Shown in pieces: positions 38,712 to 52,713 of a DNA stretch of 64,000 nt. The notes beneath the pieces are model-generated. The model was given only the letters and a program-made list of their open reading frames with translations, did not search any database and had not been told where the DNA came from. The first letter of the stretch is position 1. Each line of letters begins with the position of its first letter. This DNA comes from Raillietiella orientalis (taxonomy: Eukaryota), in assembly GCA_036172245.1 (NCBI GenBank), contig JAYWIR010000008.1:4092001-4156000 (forward strand), in the 5' to 3' direction. The position numbers were made by a program, and so were the translations under genes.

Positions 38712-41479
38712 TCACTCTAAATGATGCTCTGCTGCATCTAAGGACTTTCTGTCTTTGCATAAAAGTTGCTCCAATTCTTTAGGAGACATGGGGAAAAACT
38801 GTTCAGGGTTCACAAGGCCACTGCTGGGCTTGCACACAGCATCATGCAGTTGTTGGTAGATTTCACAGAAGGCAGCATTCACCCTTCTGTGAATCTCCAC
38901 TTCCAACTCTGGTTCCAGCAGGAACTGCAATTGGGGTAGATCAAAACACTTGGATTGAGAAATCCATTGTTGCAATTTGATCTAGTTTGAGAAATTATTA
39001 ACATGAACAGAAAAAAAAAAAATCCAGCTTACTTGGAATTGGTGCAGACTGTGCTCATCCAGATTGGGTTGGGATGTTAAAAGTTCTGGGTTCTCCCAAG
39101 TTGCACAGATTTCTGCAACCTGCAATGAAGCTGTCAAATGAGCTAATTGTTTAGAGACCAAGTCATTTAGTAGTAATGCAATCTGATCCTGAAAAAGAAT
39201 ATGTTGAAGGGAGGATCCTGTGCTGACAGAATGCCAAGTACTTTGACAGGGTGTACATCCTGAATATTCACAGTTGTGGTATTGATTAACTGCAGACAAT
39301 TCAACATGTAGATACACTGTTCAGTTTTGTTTGAGATAGCAGTACTGCTTTCCTGCACTGTTTCCACAAGCAAACCAAATGCCTCAGCTACTGCCTGAGT
39401 CTGAAGAATGACAACTGTGACTTCTTTTGCATGATCTGTACCTTCTTTTCTTCCTTTTCATTTGCATGAGCTGCTGTTTCACTAAGAAGCTCCAGTGCCA
39501 AGCTGAATGGTGGTGCTGGTGTTATTGCCTGACCTATGCAAAGGTATAAGTCACATGGTATTGTGAGGAGTGACTTGCCTCCACTTGAGTTCACCATTGC
39601 AGCATACTGCCTCATGCGAGTTAGCAGAACTGACCGAAAAGAACAAAGGCTTAGTTTGAAAAGATCCATGAGAAGAGTGACCAATGGGCTACAACTGATT
39701 ATTTCTTCAATTGCATGATGAAAGAAAGCCAATAGGTTACTCAGCTTCATTAGTACCAAAGGATTTGTCTGTGACAAAAGGATTTGTTCTACTCTACTCC
39801 TCAAAGGAGAGCATAACCCTTCTGTGATGTGAGATAAAAGTTCTCTGACGTATACAAGCTGATCTAAATAGATGTTCTGTTTATTCTCTTGAACTCTCAC
39901 CAAGTTTTGTGCATTGATGTAGTATAGAAAGAATGACTTCTTGCACACTTAAGATGGACTGATGTATCCAGGCAAGCATGTCTCCCAAATAAGTTGGAGG
40001 GTCATCAACCAACAGCTCAATTGGCTTTTCTCCTCGAGTCATGGTATCAATAAACTCATGTAAGAAAGCAGCTCTTTGCACAATACTAAATTCATCTAAT
40101 GCATGTTTGAGTAAGACTGGACATTCTTGCAAATGGCTAAAGGCTTTTATAAATAACAATGAAGGAGGTTGGAATATTGCAAGTAAACGACAATATGATT
40201 GAACCCAGTGACAGATCTTTTCCAGAGCTGATTGCTGAAATCAACAATTTGTTCAAAATCAATCACTTTTGCTGATGCTTAATATCCTCAGTGCCCACCT
40301 GATAGGCTGCCATTTGTTCCATAACTTCCAGATAAAACAGATAATGACTATTACTGAACAATTTCAGGCAATTTTGATGAATATACTGAATGTGATCAAC
40401 AACTTTAAGAAATTCTTCACTGACACCATCTGACTGTTTTAAGATGCAAACTTCATCTGAAGAAAGTTGGAAAGCATCTAGGAATGCGGCAACTGAATTC
40501 TTCTGCATTAGCAATTCTTTTCTGCAAAATGATCAGCATGACCATGCAGAAACTGGTCACATGTTTGCCCATCGTAGGATATGTATTAGTACAGAGAAGT
40601 GCAATTTTAAAAATGGATGAGCAATTTTGAGAATGCTTTTTCTACAGTGTTTCTTATGTATCCATATTTTGTATGCAAATGTTTATAAGTATAAACTCAA
40701 TAAAGTATTAAATAATACAAATATGTCGGGATACCAAGAATTTCCAATGAATCATGTTTACTTACTTGCGATTAAGCAGATCTGATGTTAGAGTTATCAA
40801 GTCTTGATTTCTTATTTTTACTTCATCTAAGTCTTTACTCATTTCATCACACATTTTGCTCATGTCATTACTACTTTTGCAAACTTCATCTAAAGAGTTT
40901 ATGATATCTTCAAAGCTGTCTAAAAACTCCTGGTAAATATCAGGATAAATAAAATAAGTTATATCATAAAATAATTAAAAGCAAACCAAGTAAAAATAGT
41001 TGCATCTCCGTACATGCATTATACATCTAGCAGAAAAAGAAAAAACTTGATTGATATTGGGGATCTGAATGAGCAGATTCGGATATAAAATTATACACCA
41101 GATTAGACAGGAATTGTCTAACAATACCATGTAAAGAGAACTTTACATGTTTCAGTTTTCATATATCAATAGGATTATTTATTGGTATATGATGGTATAA
41201 AGAGTTATTTGTACTCACTAAATTGATCTGTAAACTTCTGCTTTCTATATCTGATCTGAGGCTTCTTCTAGCTTTCAGAGTGTTTTCAGAATAGAATGTT
41301 GATAGTTCTTTCAAAGCGTTTACTAAGTCCTGAAATCCATATCGATAAAGATACTTTGAACATTCACAAACCTCGTCATCTTCAAGCTTTATTTCGAGTA
41401 CTTTGGAGATTTTCTTAAGTACTGAATCGTATATTTCTGATTCATTTTTATCTGGAATCCTTTCCGGCTTTGCAGTCAT
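38712..41479 (-). CDS. COG6: Conserved oligomeric Golgi complex subunit 6; multi-exon
   Basis: KISKVLE..ALKELSTFYSENTLKARRSLRSDIESRSL; FLDAFQLS; LEVMEQMAAYQ; TRGEKPIEL..YLGDMLAWIHQ; EGLCSPLRSRVEQIL; CIYMLNCL; FCEIYQQL..NP. GT-AG introns as short as 37 nt. Confidence 0.93.
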
Positions 41480-43039
41480 CGCGGTCACTGATTATGGCAA
41501 CACGGCATTCAATGTTGCAATTTCAGTTGTGTAAAAGGTAAACTTTGTTTCAATAAAATGATTGGAGTCACGAGAGAAAGACGAACACAAAAAACTGAAA
41601 AGTTTCATGAAAATATTGGATCCTGTACTCAACGAAAATTTCTTCATGTTTTAACTTTATCCTACTATCATTTATCAATTCTATTCAAAATGAAAGTTTC
41701 GAAAGGGTTTTTGCTTGTTTAGTCGTACGACTGCATTGAAACTGAATTCAAACCCCAAAAGCGGCAGAAATCAATACAGAAAAAAATAATAAACTCACTT
41801 TACGAACTCATCATGCGTGACTCGACTTTATAGTAGGCTTATTGAAAAATTCTCACTAAAAATGTTTTTGCTAAATTCTTCAATCTGATTTCATTGGAAG
41901 AATATATCTTCCATTCTGATTTTTCGTCAGGGATAGATCCATAAAATGTGGCTGAAGATACACAAATTGTTCCGTCCAAATCTATCAAGAAGAGTTGTAT
42001 CTCAAAAATGCCTTTTAGCATTTCTCTTAAAACGTTTATGCAGGATACAAAACATCTTTCTCGGGCCAACATTCTTTCAGTTGTGAACATCTTTCCTATT
42101 GTTTTGTACAATTCTGGAAAAAGAAAAAATAGATTTACGAAAAATCCTTACTTATTTCCTATCAGCGGCAATCTTAGACGTATTTTGTTTTTCATCGACT
42201 ACATGCACTGCATTTTTTTAAGGATGTCTAACAATTTGTAGCTCTCCAGAATTTTGTTATTTAGTGGTTAATATGTGATCGTATTGAAATTCATAACGTG
42301 CCAATACAGAGCGGTAAAATCGTACTATTTTTTTCCCAAATAATCAGCAGCATTCTATACGCCTTTGTGTTCAAACCTTATACATGTACCTTTGCACCTT
42401 GTTGTTTCTCTCTATACAAGCCATGGAATTTAAGGAAACTTCATGGCAATTATTTTTCGATTAACTAACTTAAGCAGATGTTACCAAGGCTCTCCTAATT
42501 GTTAAAATGAGGTCATGTCCTTCGATCTCTGTTCGTTTATACGGGGAGGCACTGCCGAGTGACGCTGACCAGCCCGGACGTGCACCGTCCCTGGTGACCT
42601 TGGGATAGGACTTCCACCGGAAAGGTCGCACTGGATTCCTAAAAAAACACAAGAAACAACTGCACACCACTTGCTGCAGCGCTTTCCTCCCTATGAGAGA
42701 AAATTGCCAGCAACCTCTGGGGACAGTAAGATTTCTGCAGCTGGGTCGACTGATCACATAGACGGTTGATGGACGAGCCAACATGCCTGTGTTGTGGATC
42801 CGAGATTTCATTCCATCGGAATCATACGCTTCTGGGAGTTCCTAAAGGGGACATAGTGTTCTCATTGGTGCGTATGGATAGCTCTAAGCTCCCCCATAAT
42901 TGAACGCTGTTCGTGTACTGAGCTGCACTTCAGCTAGGTGCTCGGCACCGCTTGATCAACATCCCTTCCTACGGCGCTAGGTGCGCGGAGATCAAATCTT
43001 TTCCAAACACGAGGCGACCTCTGTCGATGAGGGACGTAG

Positions 43040-44042
43040 CAAGCGGTGGTTCTCTTACATCTGAAGGGCATCTCAAAGACTAGTGCAGGCGCGTCTCTAT
43101 GCGTTACAGCATGCCGACTGGAACATGGACCACCATTTCCATTTATAGGAAAAGGTTGTGTACATGATGCGATTGAGATCTACCATTTCCTTTCACGATC
43201 AATCAAAAATTCCATCAATTGTAATGACTGATCGACGCTGATTGTGGCTATGAACGGCAGTGCGCAGGTTTCGATTCGGATGCGAGGTTTCCTCTTTGTG
43301 GATGAGGTCACTTCAGTCGAAAACTCAATCTTCAAAGAAGTAACTTCATTTTCCCACCTCCATCCATTTCTCATGCCGGCACAAGGAGCCAAATAACCTC
43401 CCCCCACGTCAAGAAACTTTTGACTCTTGGCTTGAAAACGCATTTGTTAGAACTGCTCGCTACACTCGGCTGCAGAGCATTTACCATTTCCAAACCTTGG
43501 GTTAACCACACACTTACTGTCTGCATTTACTCACTGTCCACGGCGCTTGAATATCTGAGCATTTTTGAAGACTGCCTTCACGTTTCTATGCATGAAAAAT
43601 ACGAAAATTTCTATTTTCTTATTGCATCCATCTGTTTGTTTATTTGTTTTCCCTGGTCAGGGAGAAGGTCTGCTCAAGCTCTCCGCTGAACGGATGCATC
43701 TGCAAGCATCATTATGGAGGTCAGCCCTTATGGTGAGACCATAGAACACTCACTGGTGCCCCCCTTCGTGCAATCTCATGAGCAGTGCAGTAGACTGCGG
43801 AGGACTGGCATCAATCTCCCCACACAACCAAAGGCGACAACCCCCTGTCCCCTCCCCTCCCCATATCTTTATTTCTATTTTTTATATGTGTATTTGTGAT
43901 CCCGTCCCTCCCGCTTCGGACTTTCGGTTTACCGACCTGCGTGTCGGGGATCCCCCCCTTCGTTTCTTCTGTGTCCTTTGTCCGGGAACTCTGTTCCTGG
44001 ATAGTTTAGGAATAAATGCCCCAGCGCACCCGGGTGACAAAC
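43040..44042 (+). mobile_element. Decayed 3' part of a REL non-LTR element ending in the shared AATAAA-hairpin tail
   Basis: CVTACRLEH..VHDAIE (compare CxxC..H..RHDxI) and WLENAFVRTARY. The tail at 44011-44042 is 28/32 identical to the reverse complement of 14281-14312. Confidence 0.35.
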
Positions 44043-44399
44043 AACCAAAGTCGAAGTCGAGATTTGTGTTACTCGCTTCGCTTAATTCAGTGGTTGCTAG
44101 AGGATAACTAGTTGATACGCTGCCTCTTAGAAGGAACGGAGGAGCGACTTATAAATGGGAACTTGGAAGTGCCTGGAGAAACCGTTCCTCCTCAACAGTG
44201 CCATCAAATTATCGGAGAAAAACTCCTTCGGAGAGATCTTGGAAAACACCTATTTCCTTGATTCAGAGCAAGATCATTCAGGACATCAAGAGTCCCTTAC
44301 TGCATTGGTGAGAAGAGAAGCAGGGAGATACTCCCGTAGAGTGGGTGGTTATCTGCAGGCTCGCGAGGATTATCCATTCCATTGTGCAATGAAGAACGT

Positions 44400-44960
44400 C
44401 TCTACTGTGCACGAAATCACACCCGAAGACCTCACTCAGGGACCGCAAAGATGGGTCAAGTTTCCGGAAAAAAATTCAAGGTTCAGAACCTTACTATCAT
44501 TCCTCTATGTTTTCCAGCAGATCGCCATCTTGGTGGTGGTACACTAAGGTCTCCCTCGAAATGATGAATGCCATTGCTCCTCAGTGGAGAAGATTTGCAA
44601 AAGATATACATCTTATGGGATAGTAAATGCTGCTGGGTTGAGGACGTCTGTGTCAGGGATGGGAACGTATTGCAGCAGCACTTCAGTTTCCCGATGCTGC
44701 CCTACGGGAATTGCTTAAAGGAATGTTCACTCCTCCAGGCTTGCCGTTGCCTCTGAAAAACTCTGTCCGACCGGAGAGTTCTTCAGAGTGGTAATTGCAA
44801 AGCCACTGAAGAAGACACGGACTTAATACGCTAATAACGGATGGCTATGTCAATTACCCGGTAGCCGCCACACATTCAACGAGGACCCCTTCTCAGGAGG
44901 ATGCAGCTCGAGTTCCATCTTGAAGTTCACTGTCAGGGTCAATCGCACTTTGTCTTTTGG
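44400..44960 (-). mobile_element. Ty3/gypsy reverse transcriptase remnant
   Basis: Degenerate motifs CGGYRVID (compare CVDYRxLN) and PAAFTIP*DVYLL (compare KTAFxTPxGLY). Contains stops and frameshifts. Confidence 0.45.
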
Positions 44961-46549
44961 AACATTCGTGAACAAAAACAGTCGACAAGATTGACGTGCT
45001 CGACCGAGTGTTGCATTTCAGGCTCATGAGTCAGTAAGTTGACTGCATATACAGACGCACAGAACTCGCCCACCTGCCTGCGGTGTCTTCTCCATCATGT
45101 GTCATTTGATAACAGGAAAAGGTTGAAGTAACAGATCGCTGCTAGAGGATTACTAGTGGATACCCTTACTCCTCCGTTCCTGCCTCTTAGCAGGAACGGA
45201 GGAATGAGTAATCACTGGGAACTTGGGAGTGAAGTAACAGAAGCGAAGTTGAAGTAACAGATCCACCAGCAGATGCGCCACGTTGGATAGCTAGTTGACA
45301 CCCAAGCGCATCGAAGAACAGAGTTCCATCGGCGTAGGTGTCATAAACCCTGGTCGCGTAAACGTTCGTCAAGACGAGACTGATCACATCTCACCACTTG
45401 AGAAAAATCTGGTCCACTCGATCGACAGGCTTAGAACGGAGACTGAGCATCGCATCCGTGACAGTCGCGTGTGCAAAAAAATTTCACTCCCGACCCCGCA
45501 TGTTTGCAAGGAATCACACCGCCAGTGTAGTCTACTCTTTGCCCCCACCTCAATTTCGAACACCTATTCGTTCCAGATCTCGTATATTTCCTGGAGGAGA
45601 ACTAGGTCGAAGTGGTACAAAGTTTCTACCACTAAACGCCGGTTCGCATCGTTGCGTGATTCCTTCAGACTAGAAGCGGCCACTTTCAGAAGGCGCAAAG
45701 AGATGTTCTTTTCACAGGCCAGTAACTTTTTGAGGGAGCTGCCGCATCGCTCGCCAGTGGGTGGCTCTTCAGCAGCTCTGTAGCTTCCAGGTTATTATCA
45801 TGACTCTGGAACTATTCTCTCGAGAGTATACACCTTGTATCGTAGGGAAGCTTCATGAGGGAATGATGCATTCATCATCCGAATCCATGACTTCTTTGGC
45901 ATCCTCGCGTCTGTGCGCCTTGGCAAGGAGCCCGATTATGGGAATGCTGATACTCCTATCAACCTTGAAAGTCTCCGATTCCATTTCCAAGTCTGAGGGT
46001 GTCAAACTCTCCGCAATGGGTGCTCTTTTTTTGGAGAGTTTTCTCCTCGTTCCGTTCCGAAAGTAATACTATCGATGGCAATTCCGAGCGGAAGCGCGAG
46101 GGTAGTATTGCCGATAAACATACTGCGTCTACCAGAAGATTGGCTAAGCCAATCAAAGCGAAGGAGATTCTCTGTATTTCCTGCGTGGCTTTGCTATCCA
46201 CAAACTCCAGGATTGGAACAGTTTCAAGAGTCAACTGGGAGTTCTGTCTCCATTTTCTTATCCATTAACTGCCCTTAGGCAACAGTAAAGCTTTTCCGCA
46301 AGTGTACTTGTTCTCCCGAAGGTGTTTCCAAACGTTCCGAAGGGCACCACAGTCCAGAAACAGTTGCAGAAATGTATCTAATGCCCCTCGTCTAGCAATG
46401 TTGGCGCTGGATGCACAGAAAGCTCCAGAGCGCGAACAGCAAAGACACATGCTGCTACCTGAGGAGGAGCACGGAGCTGTCCAAACAGGAAGAAGATTTC
46501 TCAAATCCCGAGGGCCCATGAATTCACGAGGACTTCTCGATTAGCAAAC

Positions 46550-47400
46550 TGCGTCCAGAGGTTCCTTCTAGAAAGCAGTTCTTTGGGAAGAGCACTGGCT
46601 GTCGCCGCTTCGATCAGCTGGACCATAGGCCACTCGCCGAGGAGTTTAGCTACAAATAAGGAGCGCGAAATCTCTCACCTTGCCCGTTGGCAGTTCCTGT
46701 TTACCTCCCACAGGGAGGACTGCGCTATGGCCAAGGGGTTAACTGTGGCTAGAGCTCACTCTTTTGTGTCTGGTCTCACATGCTCCAAAGAAACTGCTCT
46801 CAGATTGTGGATGGGACGAATGAAAGTGGTATCGGTTCTCGTGATGTGAATTGAGGTGTTCCATATCTCCTTCCGCCATGTGTCGTAGTTTATGGGGAGG
46901 CAAGAGTTCCATGGGTATCACTGGCACTATCAGGCGGCAAAAGAGGAATGCTTATCATAAACTGGCCATCAGTCATGAGGGGATGGACTCGTCCCGCATG
47001 TGGATCTGCGGAAACAGAAATGCGAAAAGGATGTCTTCATTGCTGAAGAAACGCTTTTGGAGCACTTCTGTAGCAATCGACAGGGAAGATTTGCACAGGA
47101 AGACGGGGATGCCAAGACATTCAGAGGTGTATTTAGGAAGAATATCAGCCTTTCCATTGGGCCCGACAGAGAGAATCTATGCTGTCACATCAAATGGTGC
47201 GCTGACGAAACCGCTACTACATGCATCGACACGAAGCCCTTTCCAAGTCCACCTTTGGCATGCAACATGAGAAAGAAAGGAGATGAAAATCTTTCAAACG
47301 AGTATGTTTGGAGGCGACTGAAGATCCCATCCAACGGCTTAACTGAACTGAACGAATACTATGAAAGCCAGAATGCACAGTCAGTTTAGCACTACGTAAA
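46550..47400 (-). mobile_element. Ty3/gypsy integrase remnant
   Basis: HVACQR, APFDVTA*ILSVGP (compare PFxxVxIDxxGP) and FHSSHPQS (compare YHPQSNG), in the expected order. Disrupted. Confidence 0.5.
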
Positions 47401-50400
47401 CAGCTGCTATATGTGTATCCAAGACAAATGCATGAGATGGCCACTCCTGTAACATAACCAGGGAATTCGAGTTCCTCTCCCCACGGACCAGCGAAGTTCC
47501 ACGAAGGATCTCATCTCTTCCAGAATAGAACCGACCTCAGTGATCTCTCCACTGGCTAGCAGTTTCGCTTCCGACCTGGTCCCAGATGCATGAAGCTTCA
47601 CTTTACAGTGAAGGTGGCACATCGGATAAACATATTTGTGTATTTCTGATAATTCTAATGGTTTTTATCTGGACAGCTGAGAATCGTCTCCCTGTTTTTT
47701 TTTTTTTTTTTTAAAAAAAGGATGAAAGCAGAATAACACAAACCAAGTGGAACGTATCGACTTGTACAGAATTGGTGCTGTAAGATGTGATTTACCTTTT
47801 TTTTGATGTTAATTCCTTTATTGATTTCCATCTTTCCTGGGTGAAAAATCGTAAATCCTTCATTCTGACATCTGCACTGCAGAAGAAAGTGCTTATGCAA
47901 GTGCTCATGTACAAAATGTGATAAAAGATTTCAATCACACTTCTTTACAGTTTCATTTCTTTGATTGCGAATAAAAATGGTGGAACAAATCTAAGCAATT
48001 CTCGCCTTTTTCATACATGCAAGGACGAAACAAACATTTGCTCATTTTCTGAACTCCAGATACTAAACAAAAGCACAAGCTCCCTGTACTTCCAATCAGA
48101 AGTCAATATTATGACTCAGCACACGGTGTTTCATCGAATGAACTTCATTAAAAGATGTGTATGTTGATACACAGACAATTTTATTCTTCAACAAATAAAG
48201 CAAGTATAAATGCATAATCAAAGATGGAGCAAGAAAAAAAAAAAAAAACTACTGCATAGTTTTGTGAATGAGATTACTTGATATTTCACAGAATTTGACA
48301 AAGCCCAGGTATCATTTGATCCATGGGTTGCAATTCTTCCACATGATTATGATACAAAGACATTATTACAAAATCACTGCAAATAATTACTATTTTAATT
48401 TCCATAACCAACATTTATATCACACATTTATCTATTAAAGGATCTAAATGATCTTCATCCTAGGTCAGACCACTGATTTACTACTAAACCCAGATTTCCC
48501 CATATTGCAAAACTTGTATTTCCATCAATATTCAGGGCCACTTTCATCAGGTTACCATGACTTGCTTAGATTCACATGCATATTTCCAATATCTGATTTA
48601 TTATTTCACTTTATTGTTACACTTTGGAACTTCAAAACCCGACTTTCCCAGACTGCTTGGGACCTAAAATGCAAACTCTTGTTTTTTAGAGCTTGTGTAG
48701 ATTGATGCAACTTCATAAAAAACACATAAATGGTGGGCAGACGAAAGACACTTACTCTCGGACAAAAGTCCGCTTACTCTAGCAAAGAAAAACTATCGCT
48801 TTCTACTATTAAACTGCAAAATTTAGTATAATAATAAAATACTTTAAGTACTTCGAATTTAATGTGTGCTATGCAGTATTATGCTTTGGAAAACTAACAA
48901 GCAAAGCAGAATCCTGAATCACTTTGATGAAAAACGCAGTTACCGAAAAATAGTTATGTTTTCTAATATGCCTGCTGAAGTGTCTCATGATTCTCTTGGT
49001 GCTTCCATATTAAATGAATTTTTTTTTAGTGACTTTCTGGAAAAATTAATTCTACAGAAAAGAAGACTTTTTCAAACTGCTGAATTTTGCCCATTCTACT
49101 GATAAAAATCACAATGATTTCTAGAAATCTAAAAATAATACAAGCTGTTGAAAACACAGTGAAAATCATTACTCTAATATGACAAGTATCACAAGTTTGT
49201 AACCCATACTATGCATCCTGTCAGTCCATTCAAATCATAAAAAAATAAAATAAAATATTTTGTATTACTAATTAATAAACTTTCATAAAAATAGTTTACA
49301 TGAGTTCTGGTTCCAGATAATAAACTGATATTTTATTTTAACATTTCTAATATACCATTCAAGCATTTTTCACAACCTTTCTGTAATAAACAAATAAAAT
49401 TAAAAAGTCTACTTCTAAGATTATAAGAGGTTCTAAGACTATTTGTGAAGACCTCTTTTATTTACACACCAATAAACATGCATACAACACCTCTTTTTAG
49501 TGTTTTAACTGATTTATTTTTAAAAATCGGAAATAATACAGCAATATTAATAAAAATCAGAGAACTATTTTTTTTCTTCATTGGATGACTTTTGTACAGA
49601 GTCAACAGAAGGTGCAAAACGATTTTACTCGGGCATTTTTTAAATGAACAAAGCAATATTTCTTACATGAAACACAAGACATAAAAAAATGGCTACATGG
49701 CCTTTAAGAAATACTGATTTCTATTCTGTAATCAGATTTCAACTATTTCTTGACAAATATTTGCTGTCAGATATTCATCTGCAATGCTTAAGAAATATAT
49801 GGGATAAAACTGGATAAAAGAAAAAAGCACTGAATGCAACACATATCAGTTATGGATTACAAAAACACATCTGAAACAACAAACAAAAAATTAGGACTAA
49901 TATTTCCCAAGAGGCTTTTGCCACTCTTAAAAAGGAACATTTTCACAAATTCCTAGGTATGAAATGTCCATCTTGAAATTCTTTCCCTTGTTAAAATTAC
50001 TGAAGAAATGCTACTTACAAGTTTTTGGAAAGTACTAAATTTTTTATGTATCCAAATCTACAATTCAATTCAAATAATTCCACAGAACTATCAAACGTAA
50101 TATGAAACAAACTTCACCAACTTCTTGTGCTTTGAGAATAATAAAGTTCCTTCACTGAAATTCTCCCTTACATACTCAAGTTTTGTATTTACGTCTTAAT
50201 GTACACTAAAATATGTTATACATTCAAAAAGTCCATGATATTTGGAAGAATGTTTACATAAAATTAGCAAGCTAACTGATCCAATTTGTGGACTACATTA
50301 TGACCTCATTATCTTAAAAATTGTTCCTATGAACTAATGTTTCTAAACATTTTCAATATCACCTAATGGACAAAATACAAATTAAGAATTCATAATTAAT

Positions 50401-50532
50401 TAAACTTAATCAAACTATGCTGAAAATAACTTTATAACTGAAAATACGTGACTTAAAGATTTCCAACTAAATTTCCACATAAAGAGACAGCATTTACAAT
50501 GTTTAGAATTTCTTTGGGTTAGCAATCTCACC

Positions 50533-51772
50533 TTTGTTAGTGTATCTCCAATTGTATAAAAAAACATTGTAAAAATGATTAAAGTACTTATTAGCAGAAA
50601 TTTCTGTGGCCAGTTGATAACACTAAGAAATGGATAAATCCATGTTCCATCATACCAAAATGAAAAGAGAGTCCTAAAAGAAAAACTTCTGAAAAAAATA
50701 CTTGGAAAACAAGAAAAATTAAAGTGCAATTAGTATACTTATAGAAAAGCATTCCAAAACATAAACCATAATCACCATAATGCATATATAGCAACTATCA
50801 TGGATGAAAGCACCAATCCTTTTTCTCGTTTATGATGCTTATTTTCACATAGAAAGCATTCAATGATCACAGATGGTAGAATAAATGTATGCATGTTATG
50901 GTTGAGCCAACTTGGATAATATTGTTCCATTACAGCTGGCAGGATCAATTCTCTATCGATTGCCATTATCACCCAAAACACTATAAAAACCAACTAAAAA
51001 TATGAGAACCCTAATTAGAAATATGTTTACTTTCTCTTCATCAAATCAACAATTATGCAAACAATTATGAAAATAATAAACTCGTATGCCTAATTTTAAT
51101 GAAACTTCAGCTTACCAAACCCAATGGAAAAACTGCTGATGCAAATAAGTAACTCTTATATAACCGAAGTTTGTCACCAAGATGAAAATAATCATTTAAA
51201 CACGCAATGGCGTAATAGAAGACATGGAATACCTAGAAAATTGGCCAAAAAAATTGAATGATCTTCAATGTCCTAGTAACAGTTCCCTGCTGTAAAGTTT
51301 GTTCTCCTCTGACAACAAACTCAATCAGCTTTAAATAGTAAAATTCGTATCTATCTTTAAATAGTTAAATACGTATCTATTCGTATCTTTGTATCTATTT
51401 CACAGAAAGACAAGAATCTTTTGAGAAGGAATTACAATAATTCATCAGGATTTGTTTACATGACGATTCTTTTTCCATAATGCAAACTTATTTTTTTATT
51501 AAAGATGATAGATTACAATCCCCTCCCCCTTTTTACGTCCGCATCTGATTAGCAAAGCATTGCAAAAAATAAAAAACTTAAGGAAAAGCACGTCAAGTTT
51601 ACAAATCCAGGATCGATTTCCTTTGTACCATATTCCATACTGTCAAATATTTCAACTTTCCGCCCAAACCAGGTCTTGCTAGATGTGGTGGGAGATGCAT
51701 ATGCTGGAAATACCAGTATAAACTGAAACCAAAGAACGCAAGGCACACAACATGGAAACTCTTTGAAAACAT
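50533..51772 (-). CDS. ADTRP/AIG1: ADTRP/AIG1 (FAR-17a) family transmembrane hydrolase; at least 4 exons, last exon not resolved
   Basis: Exon 1 51772-51629 (GGKLKYLTVWNM); exon 2 51232-51116 (FASAVFPLGL); exon 3 (FWVIMAIDRELILP..YPSWLNHNMHTF); exon 4 (DGTWIYPFL). The catalytic Thr (YLT) and His (NHxMHT) motifs are retained. Confidence 0.92.
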
Positions 51773-52713
51773 TGCAACTTGGGTCACCGTGAGCCCCCGG
51801 AGCGACCGACGAGTCCACCGAGCTGCCGCGTCCAAACTGCACTTTGACCCCGAGGCTGATCCGCGAACAAGGGCGGTACCCTCAGTACCCAGGCTGGCAG
51901 CAAGCTTTCAGTGAGATCACTAGCCGGGAAGGTAAATGCAAATTGTGCTCTAATTTTAATTCATTTCATATTTCTAATGCTTGCCGTTTTACTTTATTAG
52001 GAAACACTCATGAAAAGTTATTTTAGATATTTGATTGCATTAGTACAAATTTACAAATCACAATTTTGTTTTCAAAACAAGAATATCTAGGAGGAACCAA
52101 GAGATGAAACTTTATCCTGTTTTACCTTTTTGACTTTTTTCCGACTCTATGAATACCTTCGTCCAATTCACTATTCGTAAGTTACTCTTCCTTTGAATTA
52201 TCCAGCGCCTAAATGCAATGCAATTGCCTTAGCATGACAGTCGAGCTAATGCAATACAAACAACCGCTCAACTACTCAAAGGGATATCATTTGTCACGTT
52301 AAATTGAATGCATTCTCCAAGATTCTTCCTTAAATCAGGAATATATGCTCCATGGAAATACGTCTGGGTTTTTGAGGATCCTTTATTTGTTCCTCAGAAA
52401 AAAACAGTCGGGATTTTTGCACGACAGCCATTTTCTATACTGACTTAACCCACTGGAGGATCGTAAAAGAATGAAAGCACTCTAAAAAAAAACCATTCTC
52501 GTTTCCAAAAGTGATGCAGTCGCACAAAAAGTTTCAATCACTTACTATCAATTGTCTTTCGCACGCGATAAATAACCATTTATAAAAAGATTCACAATTT
52601 CAGAATAAGTTGAATTTGTAAGGTATCGAGTATTCTAGGAACAGTTTTCCACCATGTGAAGTTTTGCAAAACACCACCTATCGTTAGCAATATAGTGGGA
52701 GGACCTTTGCTGG

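Noticed and set aside
43895..44039. TG...CA segment with AATAAA resembling a solo LTR
   Set aside because: No target-site duplication; better explained as the 3' tail shared with 14281-14312.
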